Positions 1 to 8,399 of a stretch of 64,000 nucleotides of DNA are shown here, piece after piece. Under the pieces are notes generated by a model. That model was not told the origin of the DNA. It made no database searches and worked only from the letters and a program-made list of their open reading frames with translations. Each line of letters starts with the position of its first letter. The first letter of the stretch is position 1. Origin of the DNA: an uncultured Acidobacteriota bacterium (lineage in GTDB: Bacteria > Acidobacteriota > Thermoanaerobaculia > Multivoradales > UBA5704); the NCBI GenBank assembly GCA_963770895.1, contig CAVYRF010000002.1, positions 1,184,001-1,248,000 on the forward strand. The letters are read 5' to 3'. Both the position numbers and the translations under genes were made by a program.

Positions 1-254
1 GCCGCCGCCGGCGCGTCTCGCGCCACCGCCTTGGCCTCGTTCTCCACCAGATCGTAGCGACGGAAGAAGTCGCGCCGGCTGACCCCTTGCGCATCCAGGA
101 TCTTGGCCAGGGTCGTCAGGGTCGCCTCCTGAAAACCGTTCTCGATGCGCGACAGCTGGCCGCGGCCGAGGTGCGCCCGCTCACCCAGCTTCTCAAGGGT
201 CAGATGACGCTCGCGGCGCAGCCGGCGCAGCGTCTCGCCAACTTTCTCGAACAT
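1..254 (-). CDS. XRE/Cro-CI family HTH transcriptional regulator (3' end runs off the window)
   Basis: Not in the ORF track. Manual translation from ATG 254: MFEKVGETLRRLRRERHLTLEKLGERAHLGRGQLSRIENGFQEATLTTLAKILDAQGVS..., the HTH_3 pattern (LRRLR...LT.E.L...LSRIENG...TL.KI). Confidence 0.88.
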   Translation of the reverse strand, partial: MFEKVGETLRRLRRERHLTLEKLGERAHLGRGQLSRIENGFQEATLTTLAKILDAQGVSRRDFFRRYDLVENEAKAVARDAPAA

Positions 255-577
255 GTCCACCTGCGCAACATACAAGCGGCAAGGGTCCGGTTGCAAGACG
301 TAACCCCTTTAAGCTCAAATGTTTACGCCCAGGAAACATTGCCTTATGCGGCGTTTTGTTCCCACTTGCGGCAAGCGTCGCCACCCTTGCAAGCCCCGAT
401 CCGACAAGAAGTCACCTGCCCAAAAACCCAAATTCGTGCTGCGCCCGGCGCCTCAAGATCGACGGAAAAACCGGGATCGGACGTTTCTACAGGGTGATGG
501 CCCGTTTTTCAGGCACTGCCGGCGCACTGACGATCCGTGGACGCCGGGCTGGAGACGCGATGGCCGCGAGGACCCCA

Positions 578-721
578 GAGGGTTCGGACGGGATGCACTG
601 CAGCGGTCAACCGGAGCGGGAGAGGTCGGCGGGAGGGGTTCGGGCGGGATGCAATGCCACGGTCAGCCGGGAGCCGGGGAGGACTCCGGGAGGGTTCGGA
701 CGGGGCGGACGCAGCGGTCAA
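578..721. repeat. Three degenerate direct repeats, ~33-nt core, ~55-57-nt period, in a divergent intergenic region
   Basis: GAGGGTTCGGACGGGATGCACTGCAGCGGTCAA (578-610), GAGGGGTTCGGGCGGGATGCAATGCCACGGTCAG (633-666), GAGGGTTCGGACGGGGCGGACGCAGCGGTCAA (690-721). Confidence 0.75.
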
Positions 722-776
722 GAGAAACTTGGGAATGTTTGCATATTGTTAGTCTTTCCTGGAGAATCGCTGCAGC

Positions 777-1658
777 ATGGACAACCGGCCGATCGGGTCT
801 GAGCGGGGAAGCGGGCCGCAGCATGGGGGACCGGCGGCGACGCCGCTGGCGCTGGCGGCGTTCCGGCGTCATGGCGAGCGGCACCTGGCGCGCCATTTCA
901 ACAGCGTTCGGCTGGGGCGCGCGCACCACCCCGACTTCACCGCCGCCCGCGACCGGCCGCTGATCGTCTATTGCAATCACTCCTCGTGGTGGGACCCCCT
1001 GGTCTGCCTGCAGCTTGCCGCGCAGCTCCTGCCCGAGCGCCGGCACTTCGCGCCGATCCCGGCCGGCGCCCTGGCCGGCAGCCGCTTTCTGTCCGGGATC
1101 GGCTTTTACACCGTGGACGACCAGCCCGGCCGGCACGCGCGCTTTCGCCGCCACCTGGATGCCGCCAGCCAGGTCCTGGAGGAGCCGGGCGCCACCCTGT
1201 GGATCGCGCCCAGCTGGCGCCTCGCCGACCCGCGACAGCGGCCGGTCGAAGTGCGGCCATGGTTCGGCCAACTGGTCCATCGGCTCCACCGCGGCGTGCT
1301 GCTGCCGCTGGCGATGGAATTTCCCTTCTGGGACGCGCTCCTGCCAGAAGCGCTGGTGGGCTTCGGCCAGGAGCTGGCGATCGAAGACGCCGGCATGCGG
1401 GCGCGCGACTGGACGGCCGTCCTGGCCGCCCACCTGCAGGAAGCCCAGGATCAGCTCGCCGCCGACGCGCAGACGCACGACCCCAACCTGTTCGAGCCGC
1501 TGCTGGGCGCCGGCGCCGCTGCCGCCGCCGCGCCTGCCGGCGCCGCCCGCGGCGGTCTGCCAGCGGTCTGGCGACGCCTGCAAGCGCACCTGCGCCGCCG
1601 CCGCGAGCACGGCCGCGGCCCGCTGCGCCCCTCCAGCCAGGGCGAAGACGCGGGGTAG
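777..1658 (+). CDS. Lysophospholipid/glycerol acyltransferase family protein (PlsC-like)
   Basis: HX4D motif YCNHSSWWD; GGAG upstream of the ATG. Confidence 0.8.
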   Translation: MDNRPIGSERGSGPQHGGPAATPLALAAFRRHGERHLARHFNSVRLGRAHHPDFTAARDRPLIVYCNHSSWWDPLVCLQLAAQLLPERRHFAPIPAGALAGSRFLSGIGFYTVDDQPGRHARFRRHLDAASQVLEEPGATLWIAPSWRLADPRQRPVEVRPWFGQLVHRLHRGVLLPLAMEFPFWDALLPEALVGFGQELAIEDAGMRARDWTAVLAAHLQEAQDQLAADAQTHDPNLFEPLLGAGAAAAAAPAGAARGGLPAVWRRLQAHLRRRREHGRGPLRPSSQGEDAG

Positions 1659-1684
1659 TGGCCTGTCCTGGAGAATTCGCGGCT

Positions 1685-2587
1685 TCAGGCCGCCTTGCGC
1701 ACCACTTCGGCCTGGCGCGGCCAGCTGCCGCTCAGGAAGTCGCCCGCGGCCGGGAAAAAGATCTTGGGCCGCTCCAGGTAGGGGTGATGCCCGGCGCCGT
1801 CGATGCGCAGGAAGCGCCCGTTGCCGCTGTGCGCTGCCCAATCCCGCGACGCCTCGATCGGCACGTAGTCGTCCGTTCCCTGCATCACCAGCAGTGGGAA
1901 TTGCAGCGCCCCCAGGCGCGGGCGGAAGTCCCACGCCTTCATCTTGGGCACGATGTGGTCGAAGTAGAGGCTCATCGAGTGGCGCGGCCATTCGTTGGGG
2001 CAACCGCACACGTCGTCCAGGGGGAACCGCGCCGCCGCCTCCAGGTCGCTCATCTGGGCCGGCAGCAGGAAATAGGTGAACCAGGCCTTGCAGAAGGCGA
2101 CCGGATCCTCGCGATCGACGCCGTCGCGGCGCATCTCTTCGAGCCGCGGCACCCCCGGCGGGTAGACCAGCATCTCCGCCGACGGCATCTCCTGCGCCCA
2201 TTCGCCAGGCTGGCGCGGCGTGATCGGGCAGACCAGCAGCATGCGGTCGACGCGCTCCTGGTTCTCGATGGCGTACGCGGCGGTGACCGCCGCGTGGTAC
2301 GAGGTCCCCAGGAGCGACAGGCGATCCAGGCCGAAGTAGCGCCGCACCGCCTCCAGGTCCCGCACGTCCTGCTCCAATCCCACGTGCCGGCGGTCGGTGA
2401 CCGCGCTGGACCGCCCCCGGCTGCGCGGGTCGTACAGGATCAGCCGCCGCCCTTCGGCCAGCGGCAGCAACGCATCCGCCAACCAGCTGGCGTTGGGGAC
2501 CACCACCGTCTCCGCCCCTTCCCCCACCACCCGGTAGTACAGATTCAACCCGCGCCGCACCAACACAAAGCCTTCGCTACCCGTCAT
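1685..2587 (-). CDS. Alpha/beta-fold hydrolase (proline iminopeptidase-like)
   Basis: YDPRSRGRS, nucleophile elbow LGTSYH, acid QGTDD, His GAGHHPYLERP. Confidence 0.85.
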   Translation of the reverse strand: MTGSEGFVLVRRGLNLYYRVVGEGAETVVVPNASWLADALLPLAEGRRLILYDPRSRGRSSAVTDRRHVGLEQDVRDLEAVRRYFGLDRLSLLGTSYHAAVTAAYAIENQERVDRMLLVCPITPRQPGEWAQEMPSAEMLVYPPGVPRLEEMRRDGVDREDPVAFCKAWFTYFLLPAQMSDLEAAARFPLDDVCGCPNEWPRHSMSLYFDHIVPKMKAWDFRPRLGALQFPLLVMQGTDDYVPIEASRDWAAHSGNGRFLRIDGAGHHPYLERPKIFFPAAGDFLSGSWPRQAEVVRKAA

Positions 2588-2659
2588 CGCCGCTCGGTCG
2601 CCTCCGCCCTCCGGACCCGGAAGTTTACTACAGGGGTGCGAAGCGCCGGGGGTGCCGAT

Positions 2660-2746
2660 GCGTCGCGGGGCCGGGTGCTTCGCCGCCGGGCGGGAGCGGC
2701 GGCAGGAGCCCCCGGTCCCCGGCGCCCGGACGGGCCCCCGCGACGC
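2660..2746 (-). terminator. Long GC-rich stem-loop downstream of the 82-aa gene (terminator or stabiliser candidate)
   Basis: GCGTCGCGGGG (2660-2670) is the reverse complement of CCCCGCGACGC (2736-2746), with further inner pairing; no clear U-tract. Confidence 0.35.
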
Positions 2747-2764
2747 GGTTCGTCAGCCGGCCGG

Positions 2765-3013
2765 CTACTTTCCTTGGCGAAGCCGGAAGAGCGCCATGGC
2801 CTCCAAAAGGACCGACAGGAAGGCAAGGGCGCTAGCCCCGTAGCAGTGCATCATGAAGGCCACGATGCTGGCGGCGGAGCCGACCAGGAGCGAGCTGATG
2901 ATCAGGGCGTAGACCCCCCCCGGTGGAGGCAGGTTGCCGCCGCCGCCTGAATGGGGAGCGCCATCGGGGTCGATCGGGTTGATCGGGTTGACCGGCATCG
3001 TGCCATCGGACAT
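2765..3013 (-). CDS. Small 82-aa membrane peptide (Pro/Gly-rich N-terminus, two hydrophobic segments)
   Basis: Strong RBS AAGGAGG upstream of the ATG; MSDGTMPVNPINPIDPDGAPHSGGGGNLPPPGG followed by VYALIISSLLVGSAASIVAFMM and YGASALAFLSVLLEAMALF. Confidence 0.72.
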   Translation of the reverse strand: MSDGTMPVNPINPIDPDGAPHSGGGGNLPPPGGVYALIISSLLVGSAASIVAFMMHCYGASALAFLSVLLEAMALFRLRQGK

Positions 3014-3063
3014 GGGTCGATCCCTCCTTGGTTTGAAAGCGACCTTTCATGAAACATCTGCAG

Positions 3064-3093
3064 AAGAGGCGCGGCAGCGACGGCAGGCGTTAC
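3064..3093 (-). promoter_or_regulatory. Candidate ECF-sigma promoter of the 82-aa gene
   Basis: Minus strand GTAAC-N17-CGCCTCTT about 50 nt upstream of the ATG; resembles the motif at 7101-7129 and the generic ECF -35 AAC / -10 CG pattern. Confidence 0.55.
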
Positions 3094-3099
3094 GCCCGG

Positions 3100-6000
3100 T
3101 CATCGCGCCAGGCCGACAAGAACGAAAGGAGCCCAATAGTAGGGAGGAGAGTAGTCCGAATCGAGCAGGTCGAGCTTGGCCCGTTGCAGGGCAGCGGCGC
3201 GGTCGCCGGTCTGTTGCAGATTGCGATAGAAGCTGACCATGAGCTTGGCGGTGGACTGGTCGTCCACCTGCCAGAGGCTGACGACGACGCTTTGGGCGCC
3301 GGCATACAGAAAGGCGCGCGTCATGCCGATGATGCCCTCGCCCGAAACCTGCTGGCCGACGCCGGTCTGACAGGCTGACAGCACGACCAGGTTGGCGCGC
3401 AGATCGAGATCGAAGACCTCACGCACCTGCAGCAGGCCGCTGTCCGCGGGGTCGGAGGGGTGGGCGGCGGCCAGGCGCAGGCCCGAGCTTTCGGGTTCGT
3501 TTTCGTCCAGGCTGCCGTGCACGGCAAAGTGGAGGTAGCGCGCCGAGCCGATCATCGGGTTGGTCTTGACCTCCTGCTCGGTGGCCTCCGCGCCGGTAAA
3601 GACCATGGCGTCGCCGGGGAACAGCTGGGCGATGCGGTTCACCTCGTCGCGGGCACCGGGCAGCGCCGGCATGGCGGCCGGGCTGTTCTGGGGTGGCGGC
3701 GCCGCGCCGCCGCGGGTCGCGGCGAAGGCCGCCGGCGGTACCTGCGGATCGCCAAAACCGACGAACGCCTTGCCCGCCGCGCCTCCGCCGGCACCGCCGG
3801 AATTGTCGCGGCGCGTCGCCAGCAGCACCGCAAGGACGCTCGCCGACGGCGCATACGACACCGAGCGATCGCGGATCAGGTACGCCAGCTCGCGGCGGGG
3901 AGCGCCCGCCGCCGGCGGCGGGCGGGTCAGCAGCGCCTCGAAGCTGAGCGCGTAGAGCGGGCCGTCGGGAGCCACGATGAGATGGGACTTGCCGGCCAGC
4001 TCGCCCGCGGCAGGCCGCAGCAGCGCGACATACAGCTTGTAGGAATCTTCGGCCAGCTGGTGGGCGCCCTTGCCGGGTTCGCGGGCCATGCCCGTTCGCA
4101 CCTCCTCGACCAGCGCCGCCAGCGTCGCCCGCGGTGCCAGCGCATGGCTGGTCAGGCCCTCGCGCGTGACGACGAACAGGTACGACGTATCGTCGCCCAG
4201 GAAGTACTCCAGCAGCGCGCTGTCGGCGTCGAGCTTGTCCTGGATCTCCTCCAGGCCAAGCGTCCGTTGCGGCAGCAGGGCGGCGTAGGCGGGCCGCTGC
4301 TGCACGATGGTCGCATTGACCTGCAGCTCCTCGTCTTCGGCCTGGTCCAGCTGGTGCGCCAGCTGCTGCACCTCCGGATCGGGCGAGCTCGAGGCGACGG
4401 TCGACGAAAGGCGCCTGGCGAGCTTCGCGATGCGCTCGCTGGTTTCGGTTTCGCGCTGCTTGAGCTGAGGCGAAATGCCGCGACGGAGGTCCACCCGCTC
4501 CTTGGCCAGCAGGTCGAGAAGACCGCGGGCGCGCGCTTTTTCGCTGACCGCGAGCGCCTCGGCGGCATGGCCGGCAGCCGGTTCGCGGGCGTCGAGCCGC
4601 ATCAGAAGGTCGACCGACAGCTCAAAATAGCGGCGCAGGCTGGCCAGAAAGGTGACCCGCTCATCCGGCCGGATCACCGCCGTCCGCACCCGTTCGGCAA
4701 GGTCCAGGGCATTGTCGGCAGCCGTCCGCGCCGCCGGCAGCTCACCGCGGTCGCGGCGCAGCTTCGCCAAGCCGGCCCACGCCTCGGCTGCGACGATCGG
4801 CGAGCGCCGGACCAGGTGGAGCGCCTGTTCGAAGTCCATCTCGGCGTCCTCGGGCCGGCCGGCCTGCGCATAGGCCTTGGCGAGATCGCACAACAGCTGC
4901 GCCTGGCGCTGCGGGTGGTCGCGCGATTCCAGGGCGATGGCGCTCTGCAGCTCCTGCACCGCCCTTGCGGGTTGACCCATCTCGCGGTGGACGCGGCCCA
5001 GATCGTACAGCGCACGCACGTCCAGGTCGCGCCGGCTGTGCGCGCGGCTGAGCTCCAGGGCGGTTTCGAACCTGGCGGCAGCGGCTTCGCGCTGGCCGGT
5101 GGCCTCCAGGGCCTCGCCAATGCCAAGGGTCGCGGCCACGATGCCCTCGGCGTCGCCAACCCTGGAGGACTGCGCCAACGCCTCCTCGTACCACTGCTGC
5201 GCCGGCTTGTACTTGCCAAGATAGGAGAGCACCATGCCCGAGTCGTTCAGAACGCCGACCAGGTCGTTGCCGGCACTGCGCCGCGCCAACAACTTGCGGG
5301 CCTGCGCCAGGTCTTCGTTGGCAGCCTGCAGCTCGCTCAGGTTGATCTCGAGCTCTGCGCTGAAGCGCAGGGCTCGCGCCTCGCCCTCGACGTCGCCGGC
5401 CTGCCGCGCCAACTCGCTGCTGATGCCCAGCGCGTGGCGCGCCGCGTCCAGATCTCCCTGCAAGCCCAGGATGCCGCCGATCTCGCAGTAGATCGAGCTC
5501 AGATCGCCGATGGCGCCGCGGCGCTCTTCGAGCGCCAACGCCGCACGGTAGGCGGTCAGATCGCCGCGGGGGTCGCTGCCCTTCTTCAGTTCGTAGCCGA
5601 GCCACTGCAGCGTGTCCGCCTGGGCGCTCTCGTCGCCGGCCTGCCGCTCGCGCTCCAACGCCGGGCCCAGGGCGGCGGCGATGCGCGACGACGGCTGCAG
5701 CACCGCCAGACCCTGCAGCGCGGCGGCCTCGTCGCGCGCCGCGCCGAGAGCGCGCGCCAGCTCCAGGGCGCGCGCGAACAGCTTCTCCGCCTCCGCCGCC
5801 AGCCCCGCCGCCGATCCCGCCGCGCCCTCCGCCATCTGCCTTGCCGCGTCCGCCTGTCCCAGCAGGGCGCCGAGGACCGCCGGCAGCTCGCCCACCTGCT
5901 CGGCGGCTGGCACGGCCGTGGCGAACCGCGCCTGCGCCGCGGCGCCGGGATTTTCCTCCAGGTCCACCCGGCCCGACCACAGGTCGCGCTCGGCCCGCGT

Positions 6001-6444
6001 GCGCGTCATGTCGCAGGGGCCCTGCGGCCGCTCCTCGTCAAGGCCCAGGGCGACGGCGCCGCCCGCCGCGCGCGGGTGTCTGGCGACCACCGTCCAGCGG
6101 TACTCGCCCGCCGCCTCGCTCACCCACGAAAGGTGCTGCGGCGCATCGGTCAGGGCGGGGGGCAGGACCGTCTCGTCGGTAGTGCCGTCCGGGCCGGTGC
6201 GGCGCACCACGCTGCCGTCGGGCGCCGGCACGACGACCAGCCGCACGTAGGTTCCCGCCGGCAGGATGAGGGACAGCCTGTCCTGGGCTGGGTACACCGG
6301 TGCCGGCTGAGGCGCCGCGGCGCCGGCAGGCCGTGGCGGCCCGTTGCGGGCGGGCGCCGAGCAGGCGAGCGCGGCAAGCGCAAAGGGGACCAGGCCGCAC
6401 AGCGCCGCGCGCCGCCGCAGGCAGGCATGGATGGCCGAATGCAC
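3100..6444 (-). CDS. TPR-repeat CHAT-domain (caspase/HetF-like) protease, predicted lipoprotein
   Basis: Basic-then-hydrophobic N-terminus ending ALAC (lipobox-like); long TPR array; CHAT motifs LIVAPDGPL, LHFAVHG (His), LVVLSACQTG (Cys), SLWQVDD, PYYWAPF. Start codon uncertain. Confidence 0.92.
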   Translation of the reverse strand: MHSAIHACLRRRAALCGLVPFALAALACSAPARNGPPRPAGAAAPQPAPVYPAQDRLSLILPAGTYVRLVVVPAPDGSVVRRTGPDGTTDETVLPPALTDAPQHLSWVSEAAGEYRWTVVARHPRAAGGAVALGLDEERPQGPCDMTRTRAERDLWSGRVDLEENPGAAAQARFATAVPAAEQVGELPAVLGALLGQADAARQMAEGAAGSAAGLAAEAEKLFARALELARALGAARDEAAALQGLAVLQPSSRIAAALGPALERERQAGDESAQADTLQWLGYELKKGSDPRGDLTAYRAALALEERRGAIGDLSSIYCEIGGILGLQGDLDAARHALGISSELARQAGDVEGEARALRFSAELEINLSELQAANEDLAQARKLLARRSAGNDLVGVLNDSGMVLSYLGKYKPAQQWYEEALAQSSRVGDAEGIVAATLGIGEALEATGQREAAAARFETALELSRAHSRRDLDVRALYDLGRVHREMGQPARAVQELQSAIALESRDHPQRQAQLLCDLAKAYAQAGRPEDAEMDFEQALHLVRRSPIVAAEAWAGLAKLRRDRGELPAARTAADNALDLAERVRTAVIRPDERVTFLASLRRYFELSVDLLMRLDAREPAAGHAAEALAVSEKARARGLLDLLAKERVDLRRGISPQLKQRETETSERIAKLARRLSSTVASSSPDPEVQQLAHQLDQAEDEELQVNATIVQQRPAYAALLPQRTLGLEEIQDKLDADSALLEYFLGDDTSYLFVVTREGLTSHALAPRATLAALVEEVRTGMAREPGKGAHQLAEDSYKLYVALLRPAAGELAGKSHLIVAPDGPLYALSFEALLTRPPPAAGAPRRELAYLIRDRSVSYAPSASVLAVLLATRRDNSGGAGGGAAGKAFVGFGDPQVPPAAFAATRGGAAPPPQNSPAAMPALPGARDEVNRIAQLFPGDAMVFTGAEATEQEVKTNPMIGSARYLHFAVHGSLDENEPESSGLRLAAAHPSDPADSGLLQVREVFDLDLRANLVVLSACQTGVGQQVSGEGIIGMTRAFLYAGAQSVVVSLWQVDDQSTAKLMVSFYRNLQQTGDRAAALQRAKLDLLDSDYSPPYYWAPFVLVGLAR

Positions 6445-6547
6445 GCTGGCCGTATTATCGCATCCCGCCGCGGGACGGCGAAGAAACGGTTCGGTCTCGT
6501 CACCGCTTTGTGCCAGGATTAGGCCGGCACTGCAAAGGGCGGACGGG

Positions 6548-7162
6548 ATGGCGACCAGCGATCAGGAAGTCGTGTCAGGATACCTGCGGGGAGAGGCCGA
6601 CGCCGTGGCCACGGTGCAGACCTGGATCTCGCGTGCCGCCTGGCCGTACCAGCGCCGGCTGTCGGGGCGCTGGGACGACGTGTTGCAGGATGTCAGGCTG
6701 GAGGTCACCCGGCTTTTGGGAGCCGGCAAATTCCGCGGCGAGTCGTCGCTGCGCACCTACCTGTGGCAGGTGGTCAGCCACACCTGCCTGGACCAGCTGC
6801 GGTCGCTCTCGCGCTGGCAGTGGGCGGAGCTCGAAGAGCTGGACAACGGCGCGGCGGCGATCGCCGGCCCGCGCATGGCCGCCGATCACGAGGACCGCGA
6901 CCTGGTGCAGCGGGTGATGCGCAAGGTTTCGGCCGACTGCCGCGAAATGTGGTCGCTGATCGCCATGGGCTACTCCTATCGCGAGATGAGCGAGCGGCTG
7001 AGCGTCGCCGAAGGGACCCTGCGCGTGCGCGTGCTGCGCTGCCGCGAGAAGGCCGCCGCCCTGCGCCGCGGACTGCTCGCCGCGGGCGATGGCAGCGGCC
7101 GTAACAGTTCCGCCGCCGAGTCGCCTACTCTTAGTGAGCGAGCGGATGACGATGGAATGTGA
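6548..7162 (+). CDS. ECF (sigma-70 group 4) RNA polymerase sigma factor
   Basis: Region 2 WDDVLQDV...FRGESSLRTYLWQVVSHTCLDQLR; region 4 GYSYREMSERLSVAEGTLRVRVLRCR. Start set at ATG 6548. Confidence 0.92.
   Translation: MATSDQEVVSGYLRGEADAVATVQTWISRAAWPYQRRLSGRWDDVLQDVRLEVTRLLGAGKFRGESSLRTYLWQVVSHTCLDQLRSLSRWQWAELEELDNGAAAIAGPRMAADHEDRDLVQRVMRKVSADCREMWSLIAMGYSYREMSERLSVAEGTLRVRVLRCREKAAALRRGLLAAGDGSGRNSSAAESPTLSERADDDGM
7101..7129 (+). promoter_or_regulatory. Candidate ECF promoter inside the 3' end of the sigma gene, driving the anti-sigma gene
   Basis: GTAAC-N16-CGCCTACT ending about 17-23 nt before the anti-sigma ATGs (7146/7152). Confidence 0.55.
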
Positions 7163-8399
7163 CACGGCAATCGAACTCCTACCCTGGCTGCTCAACGGCA
7201 CTCTGGACGCCGGCGAGCGGCGCCAGGTCGAAGAGCACCTGCGCACCTGCGCCGCCTGCCGCACCGCGCTCGCCGACACCCGCGCGGCGTGGCAGCTCTT
7301 CGACTGGCACCCCTCCCCCGACGAGCTGATCGCCCTCGCCGCAGCCGACGCGGCCGACGCGGCGGACCCCGCGCCGCCGACGCAGGCCGCGCCCGGCAGC
7401 ATCCAGCAACACGTCGTCGCCTGCCCGCGCTGCGCCGCCGACCTGGAGCTGGTGCGCGCCAGCCGCCTGCTCGCGGAGACCGCGCCCGATGCGGCAGACA
7501 GCACGGGCGCGGACCGTGCCGGCAACGGCAGCCTGGCCTTTCTGCAGCCGCCCGCTGCGCCGCCGGCAGCGCTGCCCAAGGGACAGACGGCGCCAGCCAG
7601 GACCGCCGGCCGCACCTGGCCGCGCAACGCCCTGATCGCCGCCGGCCTGGCCGGCGTGGTGGCGCTCACCGGCTGGTTCCAGAGCAGCCGCCACGTGCAC
7701 GCCCTGGAGGATCGCCTGGCCTCCCTGGAGGTCGCGCAGACGGCCGCCGCGACCCGCACTGCCACCGCTACGACCGTGCCGCCCGCACCGGCGGCGCCCG
7801 GACCGGCGACCACCCAACAGACACCGGCGGGGGCCGCCACCCTCCAGGCGAGCGGCGGCGCGGCCACTGACGACGCCGCCAATCTGCGCCGCCGGGCCGA
7901 CGCCGCCCAGGCCAAGCTCGACCAGCTGGCTGGCGAAAACCGCCAGCTGGCGGCCAAGGTCGCGGCGCTGGGCCAAACCGCCGCGCAGCTCGAGCAACGC
8001 ACCTCGGGGCTCGGCACCGGCGCGGCCGGCGAGCCGGTCGAAAAGGCCGCCTGGAACGACGAGCTGTCGCCCAACGATCAGGCCGCACGCGGCGCTGCGC
8101 CGCCGGCGCCGGCCATCCCGCTCTCCAAAGGCGCCGCGGCGCTGGCGCTGCGCACCCGCCAGCACGGCCGCTACGGCACCTACGAGGTCGAGATCCACGA
8201 CGCGCGGGGGCGGCTGGCGGGCGGCCCCTACACGGTGACGCGGGCTGACCGCGACGACACCTTTGACCAGTTTGACGTCATCCTGCACCGCGCCACCCTG
8301 GCTCCCGGCAACTACACGCTGCAGCTGTTCGGCCGCGACGATCGCCAGCCGGGCAAGCCGCGCGAACCGGTGGCCACCTACTCCATCCGCGTCTCCTGA
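7146..8399 (+). CDS. Membrane anti-sigma factor: two zf-HC2 motifs, TM helix, coiled coil, C-terminal beta-rich domain
   Basis: CDTAIELLPWLLNGTL...HLRTCAAC and a second HVVACPRC; TM ALIAAGLAGVVALTGW; overlaps the end of the sigma gene. Confidence 0.88.
   Translation: MTMECDTAIELLPWLLNGTLDAGERRQVEEHLRTCAACRTALADTRAAWQLFDWHPSPDELIALAAADAADAADPAPPTQAAPGSIQQHVVACPRCAADLELVRASRLLAETAPDAADSTGADRAGNGSLAFLQPPAAPPAALPKGQTAPARTAGRTWPRNALIAAGLAGVVALTGWFQSSRHVHALEDRLASLEVAQTAAATRTATATTVPPAPAAPGPATTQQTPAGAATLQASGGAATDDAANLRRRADAAQAKLDQLAGENRQLAAKVAALGQTAAQLEQRTSGLGTGAAGEPVEKAAWNDELSPNDQAARGAAPPAPAIPLSKGAAALALRTRQHGRYGTYEVEIHDARGRLAGGPYTVTRADRDDTFDQFDVILHRATLAPGNYTLQLFGRDDRQPGKPREPVATYSIRVS

Noticed and set aside
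501-516. Third sigma-54 promoter (AGGCAC-N5-GCGCA)
   Set aside because: GG-N10-GC spacing fits, but both flanks deviate from consensus and such matches are common in GC-rich DNA.
578-721. Possible mini-CRISPR array
   Set aside because: Only three degenerate copies, the intervening segments resemble each other, and no cas genes are in the window.
3100-8399. Type III-E CRISPR (Craspase) locus
   Set aside because: No cas7-11, csx30/31 or array; the CHAT protein has an export-like signal. Only an analogy is retained.
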